Source: a virus (lineage: Duplodnaviria > Caudoviricetes). Taken from it: a stretch of 45,590 bases of DNA. The notes below the pieces were generated by a model that made no database searches, had not been told where the DNA came from, and saw only the letters and a list, made by a program, of their open reading frames with translations. The DNA lies in the IMG/VR virus record IMGVR_UViG_3300017777_006778, positions 1 through 45,590 of that record. The stretch is one strand, 5' to 3'. How positions within the stretch are numbered: position 1 is the first letter of the stretch; each line of letters begins with the position of its first letter. Positions 18,434-26,978 of the stretch are shown here, one piece after another. Position numbers and translations under genes: made by a program.

Positions 18434-19093
18434 CTACTGCTGGGTGCTGTACTTGGCGACGAACGCGGCCGAGTCGGGGTTCGACTCAAGGTAGGCCTTG
18501 TAGGCGTCAGGGTTGACCTTCGCGAGCTCGGAGAGCGAGTTCCAAGTCGTCGCCTCGGTGGCGGTCATTCCACCGGTGTTGACCGGGGCCACGCCGTCGA
18601 TAAGGCCGAGCTCGCCGGTGGTCCCGTCGTACTCGCCCAGAGCGCCGCCGATGTTGCTGGCCGTCTTCACCGCCGCGTTCACACGCTGCTGCGTCTTGCC
18701 TTCCTTCACCGCAAGACGGTCTGCCAGTTCCTGCTCCTCGCTCGCCCGCTCCTGCACGTCGAGCTTCGCGATCTGGTCGGCGGCGGCCCCCGCAGCCTTC
18801 GCCGTTGCGGCCATCTGTCCCTGCTGCTGGGCTACCATGTTGGCGCCGGTGGTGTTCCCCGTCGCGGCAAGCGTCGCGTCTCCCTGTGCGCGCTGCTGCG
18901 CAATGGACGCGTTCGCCACGCCGAACGTGTCGCTCCAGTAGGCGTCCCGCTCCTGATCCGTGATCCCCAGCTCACCCCGGCGTTTCCGGCTCTTGAGCTC
19001 CTTGATCTCGGCGTTGTTCGCGCTTTCTGCGGCGCCGGGCACCATCTGCGCGACCATCTGCGCGGCGGCAATAGCTGCGGGGATCCAGGCCAT
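18434..19093 (-). CDS. Putative small DNA-ejection/pilot protein
   Basis: Hydrophobic Ala-rich N-terminus MAWIPAAIAAAQMV followed by Gln/Ala-rich helical body; first gene after the GNAT, as in podovirus ejection cassettes. Confidence 0.75.
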   Translation of the reverse strand: MAWIPAAIAAAQMVAQMVPGAAESANNAEIKELKSRKRRGELGITDQERDAYWSDTFGVANASIAQQRAQGDATLAATGNTTGANMVAQQQGQMAATAKAAGAAADQIAKLDVQERASEEQELADRLAVKEGKTQQRVNAAVKTASNIGGALGEYDGTTGELGLIDGVAPVNTGGMTATEATTWNSLSELAKVNPDAYKAYLESNPDSAAFVAKYSTQQ

Positions 19094-19111
19094 ACACTAC
19101 CTCGTCGCGGT

Positions 19112-19123
19112 GAGTATACCCCG
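19112..19123 (-). promoter_or_regulatory. CGGGGTATACTC promoter-like box upstream of the ejection operon
   Basis: Contains a TATACT -10-like hexamer; near-identical copies at 25153 and 33724. Confidence 0.6.
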
Positions 19124-19144
19124 CATCACCCGGCGTGGACCCTC

Positions 19145-19363
19145 ATGCCCACCATCCTCTTCCTCTCCCTTCTGTCTTGCGCCCTCAAAGCCTCGCTTGA
19201 CGCCTGCGAGCCGGCCTGCCTTCGCGGCAGCGTAGCTATCAACCGCGGGTGCCTGGAGGCAGGCTAAATGGTCGAGGACGTCGAGTAGAGCTACTGCGTC
19301 GAGCAGGCCCCCGTCGACGGCGCGTGCTACCCCGCGGTCGCGGAGTACGGGATGCCTATGTGA
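19145..19363 (+). pseudogene. Antisense Cys-rich lipoprotein-like gene with two in-frame stops
   Basis: MPTILFLSLLSC...ACEPAC...GCLEAG*MVEDVE*SYCVEQAPVDGACYPAVAEYGMPM*; TAA at 19265, TAG at 19286; GC3 bias continues past both stops. Confidence 0.5.
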
Positions 19364-19788
19364 GTCCAGCGGAGGACGTGTGCCTCCGTCCCGTCCGGAA
19401 ACGCCAGCCGCTGCGTCAGAATGCGCCGATAGCCGAGATGGGCCACTAAGGCTTTGATTGGCTCGTTGTTGACCGCCACCGTCAAGACGATGTCGCGCCC
19501 CGCTTGACGCGCCGCTTGCTGGTCCGCTTCCAGCAATCGTCGGGCAATGCCGCATCGTTGATGCGTCGGCGCGACGGCTGCAAGCCGACACTCCCACCAC
19601 GGCTCGGGCGAGACGGGCATGCAGAGGCTGAACCCCGCTACGTCGCCATCGACCTCAACCAGCGTTGCGCGGGCTGGCCCTTCGCCGAACCACGTTTGAA
19701 TCCACCGCGCGACCGGCCCGAACCGCTCACACTCCTCCTCAGCCAGCCGGATGACGGATGGGAGGTCGCCAACAAGCATAGGCCTCAT
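19327..19788 (-). CDS. GNAT-family acetyltransferase
   Basis: True start ATG 19788 (ATGA overlap). Motifs VEVDGDVAGF, AVAPTHQRCGIARRLL (acetyl-CoA motif A), LTVAVNNEP...LGY. Confidence 0.88.
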   Translation of the reverse strand: MRPMLVGDLPSVIRLAEEECERFGPVARWIQTWFGEGPARATLVEVDGDVAGFSLCMPVSPEPWWECRLAAVAPTHQRCGIARRLLEADQQAARQAGRDIVLTVAVNNEPIKALVAHLGYRRILTQRLAFPDGTEAHVLRWTHIGIPYSATAG

Positions 19789-20477
19789 CGCCGCATGAAC
19801 TCGATGATGCACCCGCGACCGCCAATCACCAGGCGCCCCAGGTCGTCTGTGTCGGTCATCTCCTCCATCTTGCTCACCAATCCCACTGTTTGCTCTCCCT
19901 CCGCCAGTTGCACTAACGTAGACATTGACCGGTTTACGGCCGAGTACCGATAGAAGCCGGACTCGTAGTAGTTTGTCAACGGCTGGCGGCCAGCATCCCA
20001 TACGCGCCGCTCGGTAGACGTTTGGACCGTGCCACCCACGCGGATGGCCATCTTCGCTGCGTAAAGCAGCGTGTTGTCGTATGTCCCCACTTCCGGAAAC
20101 TCCTGCTCCGAATGCACATGCCACGCCCAGGCGTTCACCGTGATCTCCGCTATCCCGGCTTCCGGAACCAGGATGGTCCGCGACGCTCCAGGCACCCACC
20201 TCCACGTCGTATCCATGGAGTCGTAGGTGGCGTAGGCGCGGTCGACAACGGCTCCCGTCTCGCCGCTTCCCCATACAACCGCGGACGCCATCACGGTTCT
20301 TGGAGAGGGCATTCCGTACGATTCCGGCCTTACGAAGTTTCGGCTGCGAAACGTGCCGGTGAAGTCGGCGATGACGGCACCCCGATTGGTGAACTGCCGG
20401 AGCGCCTCAAGGTTGGCGCGCATGTCGGCGGCTACCATCGTGGTGTCGTTCAAGAATGTAGTGACCGTGACGCCCAT
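19785..20477 (-). CDS. Small tail/virion protein (paralogue 3)
   Basis: 230 aa, N-terminal FLNDTTMVAADMRANLEAL, beta-rich C-terminus, in tail block. Confidence 0.7.
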   Translation of the reverse strand: MGVTVTTFLNDTTMVAADMRANLEALRQFTNRGAVIADFTGTFRSRNFVRPESYGMPSPRTVMASAVVWGSGETGAVVDRAYATYDSMDTTWRWVPGASRTILVPEAGIAEITVNAWAWHVHSEQEFPEVGTYDNTLLYAAKMAIRVGGTVQTSTERRVWDAGRQPLTNYYESGFYRYSAVNRSMSTLVQLAEGEQTVGLVSKMEEMTDTDDLGRLVIGGRGCIIEFMRR

Positions 20478-20489
20478 TGGTGCCTCGCT

Positions 20490-21167
20490 CTACCGGTAGT
20501 AGGCGACCCCTTGCAGGGCGCCCTTAGACAAGGTGTAGTTACCGCTGGTAACGGCCGCACGGACCTCAACCCACTCAATCGTGTTGCCGTTTCCCTGGAG
20601 CCACCATGTTAGTTGAGCGGCGTCTCGGTACACGTTCAGTTCGCCGGTGCCAGCCGGCTGTACTACGGCTGCCCCGAACGAGTCAATTGGAGACAACCCA
20701 GTCACAAACCGGCTGCCTTGATACTCCTGCTCTGACAAGGTCACCGTAGTTGTTACGCCGCCGCGCCGAAACACTACAATGAACGAAACAGTCGCTGTGC
20801 GGTACGGACTAACGGATGGGACGACCACGGAAAGCTCAATCCCAAACCGGATCCGCAACGACCCACCTGCGGCGATGGCCCATCCGGTCCCAGCGTTGTC
20901 GATCCGAAATGTCGTGCTCGGCGTGGTGTAGGAGATCACCGCGTACGCCGTGTTGCTGAAAATTTCGTCGACTCCTTCGTACACGACGATGTCGCCGTCA
21001 CCTGCCACCGCTCCCGCCACGATTGCGCGCTCGTCGAGCCCCTCGTCGCGGAGGTTGCTGGCCGTCAAGGCGGTGGACTGGCTCACGAACGCGGCAAGGA
21101 TGTCGTTGACGGCAGCGGCAGTGCGAGGTGCGTATTCGGAGAGCCCGGTATAGACTACGGTTGCCAT
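20490..21167 (-). CDS. Small tail/virion protein (paralogue 2)
   Basis: 225 aa, N-terminal PRTAAAVNDILAAF...LTASNLRDEGL, beta-rich C-terminus. Confidence 0.7.
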   Translation of the reverse strand: MATVVYTGLSEYAPRTAAAVNDILAAFVSQSTALTASNLRDEGLDERAIVAGAVAGDGDIVVYEGVDEIFSNTAYAVISYTTPSTTFRIDNAGTGWAIAAGGSLRIRFGIELSVVVPSVSPYRTATVSFIVVFRRGGVTTTVTLSEQEYQGSRFVTGLSPIDSFGAAVVQPAGTGELNVYRDAAQLTWWLQGNGNTIEWVEVRAAVTSGNYTLSKGALQGVAYYR

Positions 21168-21175
21168 GTGTCTCC

Positions 21176-21811
21176 CTATCGCTTCGTGTGTCGATACACG
21201 AGCGCCCCGCGCGTGATCTCGAGTGTGCGTTGCGTCGGGTAAATGTTCAAAGCGGTGTTACGCGGAGCTTCCCAGTTGTAGAACAGGAAGATTTCGGTTC
21301 GATAAGCGCGCACCTGCACCTGGAGCCGTACGGTTCCTGACCCGGTGGGGGAGTATCCCTGTAGCGAAAGACAGGTCTTCCGACGCGCCATGCTGCACCA
21401 CCCGCTTTCGCTCACGACGGTGTTGCCGATGCAAAGCCGCATTTCCACATGATCCCAGGCGCCCCACCCGTCGGTTCCGACACCGTCATCGTACGGGTAC
21501 TCAAACTGCACCCACGCATCCGCCACCATGCTGCCGTCGTACGCGTCGACATCTACGACAAGCTCGTCGACATTGAACCAGCCCGTGATTGACCCCGCCG
21601 TAACCTCTTGCATGGTGGTCACGTTGACCATCCCAAGGTCGTTGAAGGCGGACGTGGCGATCCGCGCGCGCGTAACGAACGACTCGGGCATGTTGTCGCG
21701 GTCCCAGAGCCCGTTCCACTCCTTTGCCATGTTGTTGACGTTGACCATCACGTCGCGCCAATCGACGACGGTGCCGCTACGGAGATGCCGCTTGGCAAAG
21801 ACCCACGCCAT
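21176..21811 (-). CDS. Small tail/virion protein (paralogue 1)
   Basis: 211 aa, N-terminal LRSGTVVDWRDVMVNVNNM...WDRDNMP, overlaps the nozzle stop codon. Confidence 0.7.
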   Translation of the reverse strand: MAWVFAKRHLRSGTVVDWRDVMVNVNNMAKEWNGLWDRDNMPESFVTRARIATSAFNDLGMVNVTTMQEVTAGSITGWFNVDELVVDVDAYDGSMVADAWVQFEYPYDDGVGTDGWGAWDHVEMRLCIGNTVVSESGWCSMARRKTCLSLQGYSPTGSGTVRLQVQVRAYRTEIFLFYNWEAPRNTALNIYPTQRTLEITRGALVYRHTKR

Positions 21812-23862
21812 TAGGAGTTCCCCGGCGTGCCGGTGCCAATGGCGATGTTGAGCGCCCGGATCGTCCGCTCGCCCTTTGGCACGATGCCGAGTTCCCAGTC
21901 TACAAGTTGAACGCGGTTTACAGCGGTTACCTGGAACTGGAACTCACGCCCCGTGATGTTCGGGTCAACCCGCACTGGCACTGGGTGCTGACGGACCCAG
22001 GTGCTTGAAGCTGACCACGTGGCGTCATCCCACACTGCCAAGTTGGATTGCGCGTCCTGCGCGTCGCGACGGCGTGACGTAGCGTCCTCGTAGGTACTGC
22101 GACGGTCTTTCCGGTATCGGATGCTCACGTCGTTGTTGCCGTACGACACAACAAACAACTGGAGCGTCTTGATCTGCACTTGGTCGTAGCGGCCACCGAA
22201 GTCGAGCGGTACCGTCTCGTATAAAAACGCGATGTCGACGCCGTCTTTGTCTGGCCACCCATGCGAGTAGACGTGCACGCCGGGATGCCCGGCGTTGTCG
22301 TGGCTTCCGAGGAACAAGAGCCCACGATGGTCCCTGGATTCCACGCCGCAAGACATAGGAAATCCGAGCGGCCGGGTGGTCCAGGTCCTTTTTTCCCAGT
22401 GGAACACAAACACAAAACTGTTGTCCGGCTGCCCGTCCACCGGTACATAGAGGTGATACTCCTTGTCGTCATGGTAGAGGACGCCAAAGGCGTTCATCAG
22501 GGCGCCGACATTGACTCGCGTGCGCCAAGTGTCTTGGATCGGCATTCCAAGCGCCATCGGCTCCGTGAGTCGTGTTGCATCCCCAACCGTGCTTGTAAGC
22601 GCGTAGACTCCGGTATCGGTTGCGAACACGATCCCGATGCCTGGGATGTCGCACACGCTGTTGGGTGCGGCACAGCCCACGTTCTTCCAGAGCGTCTCGA
22701 CGTTGAAGCCGTTGACCGGGTTGCCGACGATCTTGTAGATGCCGCGACGCTTGAAGACAATAAGCGCGTCCTTGCCCGCGTACAGGCCGGTCACCTCGCC
22801 CGAATCGGAGTCGCCGACCGGGAAGAAGTTGCCGACCGGGAAGTTCTCGAACTGGAGTGGGGCAGAGAACGAGACCTGATCCGGATACTCGGACATCCCT
22901 GCCACCCAGAAGGTGCCCTGCCAGACCTCCAGGTACTTGGCACCCCGCGGCCAGCATCCGAACCTGGACACGTCCAGGGCGGGTCCCAGGTAGGCGTCCG
23001 GCTTCGCGTCGATGTAGATGAACCGGTCGCGCGCCGTGATCCAGCCTACGAGGTACAACTCGGTCCCGTAGCTGAGCTCGCCGTTGGACATATCGCGCGA
23101 GCGATACAACTTTCTGGCGACCGCAGCCGTCCGGGACGCGGGAATGTCGACGGCCACCATGTACTTTCCACCCACGTCTCCGAACGAGATCGCGTCGACC
23201 TGCCACTTGACTACGCCAGAGAGCGGACTCGGGGGGGATTCCGTACCAAACTCGTTGACGTCCGTAATCGCGTACACGTACTCGCCGGTCCCGACCGCAA
23301 TGTCAGTAGGCGTCGTGCCGAGGCCTATGTTTTGATACGTCGTGCCGTGTGTAAACCCATCTTGCCGACCGGCCGCGGTGACAATCGGCGGCGGAGACGC
23401 GAACCCCGCCGTGTGCATACGTCGCCCGTCCCATCGCAGCGGCTCGTTCTCGCCGTTGATGATCCAGGTGTTGTTAGCCACCGATCGGTACTGAGTGCGC
23501 TGCCACGGCTGGTCGGTCACATAGCGCCCGGTAGCGAGCACTTCCCAGGAAAGGTTTGGCCCGTCGAACCGCACAAGGTCCGTGCCCATCTCCCAGATGA
23601 GATCCTGGAGCCCGCCGTTGTGCCGGCTGCTCCAGTGCATGGAATGAACCTTCCCCTGCCCCGCGAACGCCGGCACGTCTGGCCCACCGCCCTGCGGCGT
23701 CACGTCCTCCAGGATGGGTCCAAACCCGCCGCATTCAGCCCAGCCGCCAAGCGGATCCCACCGCGCGTCCTGGAGACGAGCGGCTGCGTTCGGCGGCGGA
23801 AGCCACCGCTCGTCGATGCCGTCGATGTTCTGCGCGCGGAACGTAACGAGGTCGTTAGGCAT
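21811..23862 (-). CDS. Tail nozzle/hub (tail tubular B or P22 gp10-like, beta-propeller) protein
   Basis: 683 aa, beta-propeller-like repeats (YLEVWQGTFWVAG, EVTGL...LIVFKRRGIY, NVGCAAPNSV), directly after the adaptor. Confidence 0.8.
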   Translation of the reverse strand: MPNDLVTFRAQNIDGIDERWLPPPNAAARLQDARWDPLGGWAECGGFGPILEDVTPQGGGPDVPAFAGQGKVHSMHWSSRHNGGLQDLIWEMGTDLVRFDGPNLSWEVLATGRYVTDQPWQRTQYRSVANNTWIINGENEPLRWDGRRMHTAGFASPPPIVTAAGRQDGFTHGTTYQNIGLGTTPTDIAVGTGEYVYAITDVNEFGTESPPSPLSGVVKWQVDAISFGDVGGKYMVAVDIPASRTAAVARKLYRSRDMSNGELSYGTELYLVGWITARDRFIYIDAKPDAYLGPALDVSRFGCWPRGAKYLEVWQGTFWVAGMSEYPDQVSFSAPLQFENFPVGNFFPVGDSDSGEVTGLYAGKDALIVFKRRGIYKIVGNPVNGFNVETLWKNVGCAAPNSVCDIPGIGIVFATDTGVYALTSTVGDATRLTEPMALGMPIQDTWRTRVNVGALMNAFGVLYHDDKEYHLYVPVDGQPDNSFVFVFHWEKRTWTTRPLGFPMSCGVESRDHRGLLFLGSHDNAGHPGVHVYSHGWPDKDGVDIAFLYETVPLDFGGRYDQVQIKTLQLFVVSYGNNDVSIRYRKDRRSTYEDATSRRRDAQDAQSNLAVWDDATWSASSTWVRQHPVPVRVDPNITGREFQFQVTAVNRVQLVDWELGIVPKGERTIRALNIAIGTGTPGNS

Positions 23863-25137
23863 CTACCCGATCCTCCGGATGGGGCCAATGAGGCGTGGCC
23901 GCGGCCCTCCGGTCCAGACCTGGCGCACGGCGAGGTCGGGGGCGTGCGACAAGCACCGGTCCTCCATCTCTTCCATCTTCTCGCGCGCCCGCTTCCTGTA
24001 GAAGTTGCTCCCCGCCTGGTCGCCGTGCTTCCAGAGCACGTCTCCGAGCACGATGTCGACCAGCATCTTGTGGTACTCGGTCGGCAGGTTGAACGAGTCG
24101 GTCAACTTCGAGAGCCGCCGCGGCCGCGCGTGGTAGCGCAGGCAGACCGTTTCGGCCGTCGCGGGCCTGGGCCAGAAGCGCAGGTACTGGTAGGTGCCCT
24201 CGGGCTCAAGCGGCTGCTCCCGGTCAACCGCGGCGCCGACGTCGCTGTAGGTCCCGGCGGCAAAGGTGCCCTCGTCCAGGCGGTAGAACGTGCCCTGCTT
24301 GCCCTCGGCGCGGTACACGCGCGCCGTGCGCGGCACCAGCGCCGTGGCCTCGGTGATCCCCGTGAGGTCGACCCTTCGCGCGCCGGCGCCGCTGGCGGTG
24401 GTGACGGAGACCTCAAGCGACGGGGCGCTCTCTGCGCCGTGCAGCATCCAGGTATAGCGGTAGCGGTACACGGTGCCGCTCGTGAGCGTGCCGCCCGCGC
24501 TCACCGCCGTGGCGGTCAGCGCCTGGTCCGGCGACCGCTGGCGCCACACGGGAGCCTCCAGGAAGATGGAGGGAGGCCCGGTCTGCTCCTCCGTGAGGGG
24601 GTAGCCCTGCTCCTCCGCCCTGGAGATATACATGATGGGGCGGCGGGTGCCGGGCGCGGCGACCACGGCGTCCTTCACGCCGACGGCCACGAGCCCGCCG
24701 CGGCAGGCGACGCCCAGGAAGTCGACCATGTTGCGGGGGCCGGCGTAGAAGCGCCAGCGGAGCGTGTAGGTGTCCCCGTTGTCGTTGGGGCCGTCGTACT
24801 TCTGCTCCAGGTAGAGCACGGTGGTGGAGGCCACCCGGCCGATGCGGTACCACTTCCCGTTCGGCGCCAGGAGCCACGCGCCCACCATGGCGAGCGCCCA
24901 GGTCGTGCTCGTGCCGAGCACCTGATGGGACCCGTTGGTCACGTCGATCGTGCCGGTCGTGTAGTCCGGGTAGATGGTGACGTCCGCGTCCTGCTCAGCG
25001 AAAGTCCACGGCTTTGACGCGAAGATGCTTTGCTCGTGCTCGTCGAACAGGCGCATGAGGCTGAGCTCGTAGTCGGTGTTCTCCGGCTCGAAGTCAGTGA
25101 TGGAGGCTACCATCCGGATGCCGTCGAAGACCTGCAC
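23863..25137 (-). CDS. Head-tail adaptor/tail tubular protein A-like with inserted beta domains
   Basis: N-terminal helix plus PWTFAE and C-terminal LPTEYHKMLVD typical of adaptors; GGAGG RBS before GTG. Confidence 0.72.
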   Translation of the reverse strand: MQVFDGIRMVASITDFEPENTDYELSLMRLFDEHEQSIFASKPWTFAEQDADVTIYPDYTTGTIDVTNGSHQVLGTSTTWALAMVGAWLLAPNGKWYRIGRVASTTVLYLEQKYDGPNDNGDTYTLRWRFYAGPRNMVDFLGVACRGGLVAVGVKDAVVAAPGTRRPIMYISRAEEQGYPLTEEQTGPPSIFLEAPVWRQRSPDQALTATAVSAGGTLTSGTVYRYRYTWMLHGAESAPSLEVSVTTASGAGARRVDLTGITEATALVPRTARVYRAEGKQGTFYRLDEGTFAAGTYSDVGAAVDREQPLEPEGTYQYLRFWPRPATAETVCLRYHARPRRLSKLTDSFNLPTEYHKMLVDIVLGDVLWKHGDQAGSNFYRKRAREKMEEMEDRCLSHAPDLAVRQVWTGGPRPRLIGPIRRIG

Positions 25138-25152
25138 GATTACCTCCCAGAG

Positions 25153-25164
25153 GAGTGTACCCCG
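25153..25164 (-). promoter_or_regulatory. CGGGGTACACTC promoter-like box upstream of the tail operon
   Basis: Repeat of the motif at 19112 and 33724; lies just downstream of a terminator-like hairpin. Confidence 0.6.
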
Positions 25165-25201
25165 AAAGCGGAAAGGCCACCCGACGATGCCGGATGGCCT
25201 T
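25164..25201 (-). terminator. Probable intrinsic terminator after the head genes
   Basis: AAGGCCATCCGG...CGGGTGGCCTT hairpin followed by TCCGCTTTC on the minus strand. Confidence 0.6.
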
Positions 25202-25221
25202 GGGCCGCCAGAGGGTGGGGA

Positions 25222-25695
25222 CTACCCGCCCAACTGCACGAAGATGCGCGCGAAGCCCGCGGTGATGGCACCGTCGGCCTCGAGTGCGAAGCCAACGCGG
25301 TTGCCGTCGGTGCCCTCGACGTACTCGCGCACCTGCCCGGCTACCGCCGTGTCGCCGCAGACGGGGTCGCCCGCGTCCAGGTTGGCGTTGCCCTTCACGC
25401 GCACGACGCCGTAGTTCACGATGTCGGCCCAGCCCTCGGCGAGGATAGCCGTGGGCGTGACGCCGACCACCATGGGCGCGTCGTCGGTTCCTGCCGGCGA
25501 GGTCTTGGCCGCGGAGCCGAGGCCGATGGTCTTGCCGTCACTGTCCACGGTGGTGGCCAGATCGAGCACGCAGAGGTCGCCAGCCGCTGCGGCGGCTGCG
25601 AAGTAGAAGCGCGAGGTGCGCTGGGGCGCCAGGCTGCCCACGTCGAGCGTGACCTGCTGCGAGATGTTGCGGGGGAGGGTGGAACGATCGCCCAT
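25222..25695 (-). CDS. Capsid decoration/cement protein (DUF2190-like)
   Basis: 157 aa directly after the capsid gene; VVGV...I...GWADIVNYGVVRVK...LDAGDPV...VGFALEA pattern. Confidence 0.75.
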   Translation of the reverse strand: MGDRSTLPRNISQQVTLDVGSLAPQRTSRFYFAAAAAAGDLCVLDLATTVDSDGKTIGLGSAAKTSPAGTDDAPMVVGVTPTAILAEGWADIVNYGVVRVKGNANLDAGDPVCGDTAVAGQVREYVEGTDGNRVGFALEADGAITAGFARIFVQLGG

Positions 25696-25726
25696 GGGAA
25701 CTCCAGAATAAAGGGGTGAAGCGAGC

Positions 25727-25756
25727 CGCCGAGGCCCCGGTGAGGGGGCCCCGGCC
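25727..25756 (-). other. GC-rich stem-loop after the major capsid gene
   Basis: GCCGGGGCCCC-ctcacc-GGGGCCTCGGC, no immediate U-tract; may be an mRNA stabiliser or leaky terminator. Confidence 0.5.
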
Positions 25757-25761
25757 GCCGC

Positions 25762-26817
25762 TTAGAAGGTGTCGCCGCCGATGATCACGCCCGAGGAGCC
25801 GAGCAACTCGCCGATGAGCTGCGCCATGCAGGTGACGAAGGCCGCCTTGACGTCGGACCCGCTCTGCTGCATGAAGTCGGAGAGCTCGAAGTACCCGTCG
25901 TTGTGCCAGATCGGGTAGATGCCTTCGAGGTCGAGGGCGTAGAGGCTGATCTCGTCGTTGGCGCCGGCCACGCCCGTGACGGTTCCGTCGTTGGGCATGA
26001 AGGGGTCGAACTCGAGCGGCATGCCGTCCCAGGTGACGCGCATGCGGCCGCCGTCGATCGTCTCTTCCTTCATGTAGCGCTCGTTCGCGTGGAGCGCGCG
26101 CTTGGTGTTCTTGATGAAGGACTTGGAGCAGATGCCGACGCGGGCCGCGTACCCGCTGGACTGCGAGATGGCCTGGGTGTCGATGTTGATCGTGTCGAGC
26201 GCGCTGTAGCCGTTGGCGTTGTAGTTGCCGGCCACGTCCGCGGACTGGTTGTTCCAGCCGGTGATGGAGGCGTAGGTCGTCTTCGACAGGTTGCCGACGG
26301 TATTGGTCTGTCCGGAACCCGCGGCGCCCTCTTCGAGGAAGCCGGTGGTGTAGTCGACGCCGTTGAGCGAGGACATGTTCGACAGCGCGGCCACGTCGCC
26401 CTTGAGGATCTGCCGGTTCATGTTTCGCATGAACGCGGACATGACCGCCTTGGAGATGACCTTGACCTGGTCGAGGATCTTGGCCTTGCCCGAGTTCTTC
26501 TTCTGCTGGAACCCGGAGATGGCGATGGGCATCGTCCAGTAGCCCCAGTAGTAGGTCGCGGCGACCGCCACGTCCGCCACGTCCATGTTGATCGGCTCGA
26601 AGCCGGTGGAGTGCTGGGTGATGGAGGAGTGCTCGCCGACGATCACCGGCTTGATGATGACGTCGCCGCCGTCCTCGGACGGGTTGCCAGCGCCGTACTT
26701 GCTCTCGTACGCGTTGAGCAGGGCGGTCTTCTTGGTGGTCGCGTCGCTCGCCTCCTTGAGGTAGGTGAGGGCGTTGGTCGCGAGCTCCTGATCGGTGATG
26801 TTCAGCGTGACGGACAT
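25762..26817 (-). CDS. Major capsid protein
   Basis: About 351 aa after the scaffold, very strong codon bias; GGAG RBS favours ATG 26817 over GTG 26850. Confidence 0.88.
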   Translation of the reverse strand: MSVTLNITDQELATNALTYLKEASDATTKKTALLNAYESKYGAGNPSEDGGDVIIKPVIVGEHSSITQHSTGFEPINMDVADVAVAATYYWGYWTMPIAISGFQQKKNSGKAKILDQVKVISKAVMSAFMRNMNRQILKGDVAALSNMSSLNGVDYTTGFLEEGAAGSGQTNTVGNLSKTTYASITGWNNQSADVAGNYNANGYSALDTINIDTQAISQSSGYAARVGICSKSFIKNTKRALHANERYMKEETIDGGRMRVTWDGMPLEFDPFMPNDGTVTGVAGANDEISLYALDLEGIYPIWHNDGYFELSDFMQQSGSDVKAAFVTCMAQLIGELLGSSGVIIGGDTF

Positions 26818-26946
26818 GGCGGCGGCTCCAGAGTGCTGGAGGAACCCCACCTGTGCTCAACACACGCATGGAGTCCCTCTCGTGAGAGGACGGGACTTCC
26901 ATGCGCGGTTCCAAAGGATTGTCGCGCTGGCAATGTCTGCATGCGG

Positions 26947-26975
26947 ACTGTACGAAGGCCGTCCGCGTTTGTCAA
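26947..26975 (-). promoter_or_regulatory. Sigma70-type promoter for the capsid gene
   Basis: TTGACA - 17 bp - TACAGT in the intergenic gap. Confidence 0.75.
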
Positions 26976-26978
26976 GGC

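Noticed and set aside
19265-19288. Stop-codon recoding suggested by in-frame TAA/TAG
   Set aside because: TAA, TAG and TGA all terminate well-supported genes elsewhere in the window, and long genes are uninterrupted in the standard code.
19097-19600. 167-aa minus-strand ORF between GNAT and ejection gene
   Set aside because: Overlaps the GNAT out of frame, has no start codon near the GNAT stop, and uses rare CTA/TTA codons; the + strand frame fits better.
19789-20274. N-terminal extension of the GNAT ORF (315 aa in the track)
   Set aside because: Overlaps the 230-aa tail gene; ATGA-coupled start at 19788 is more plausible.
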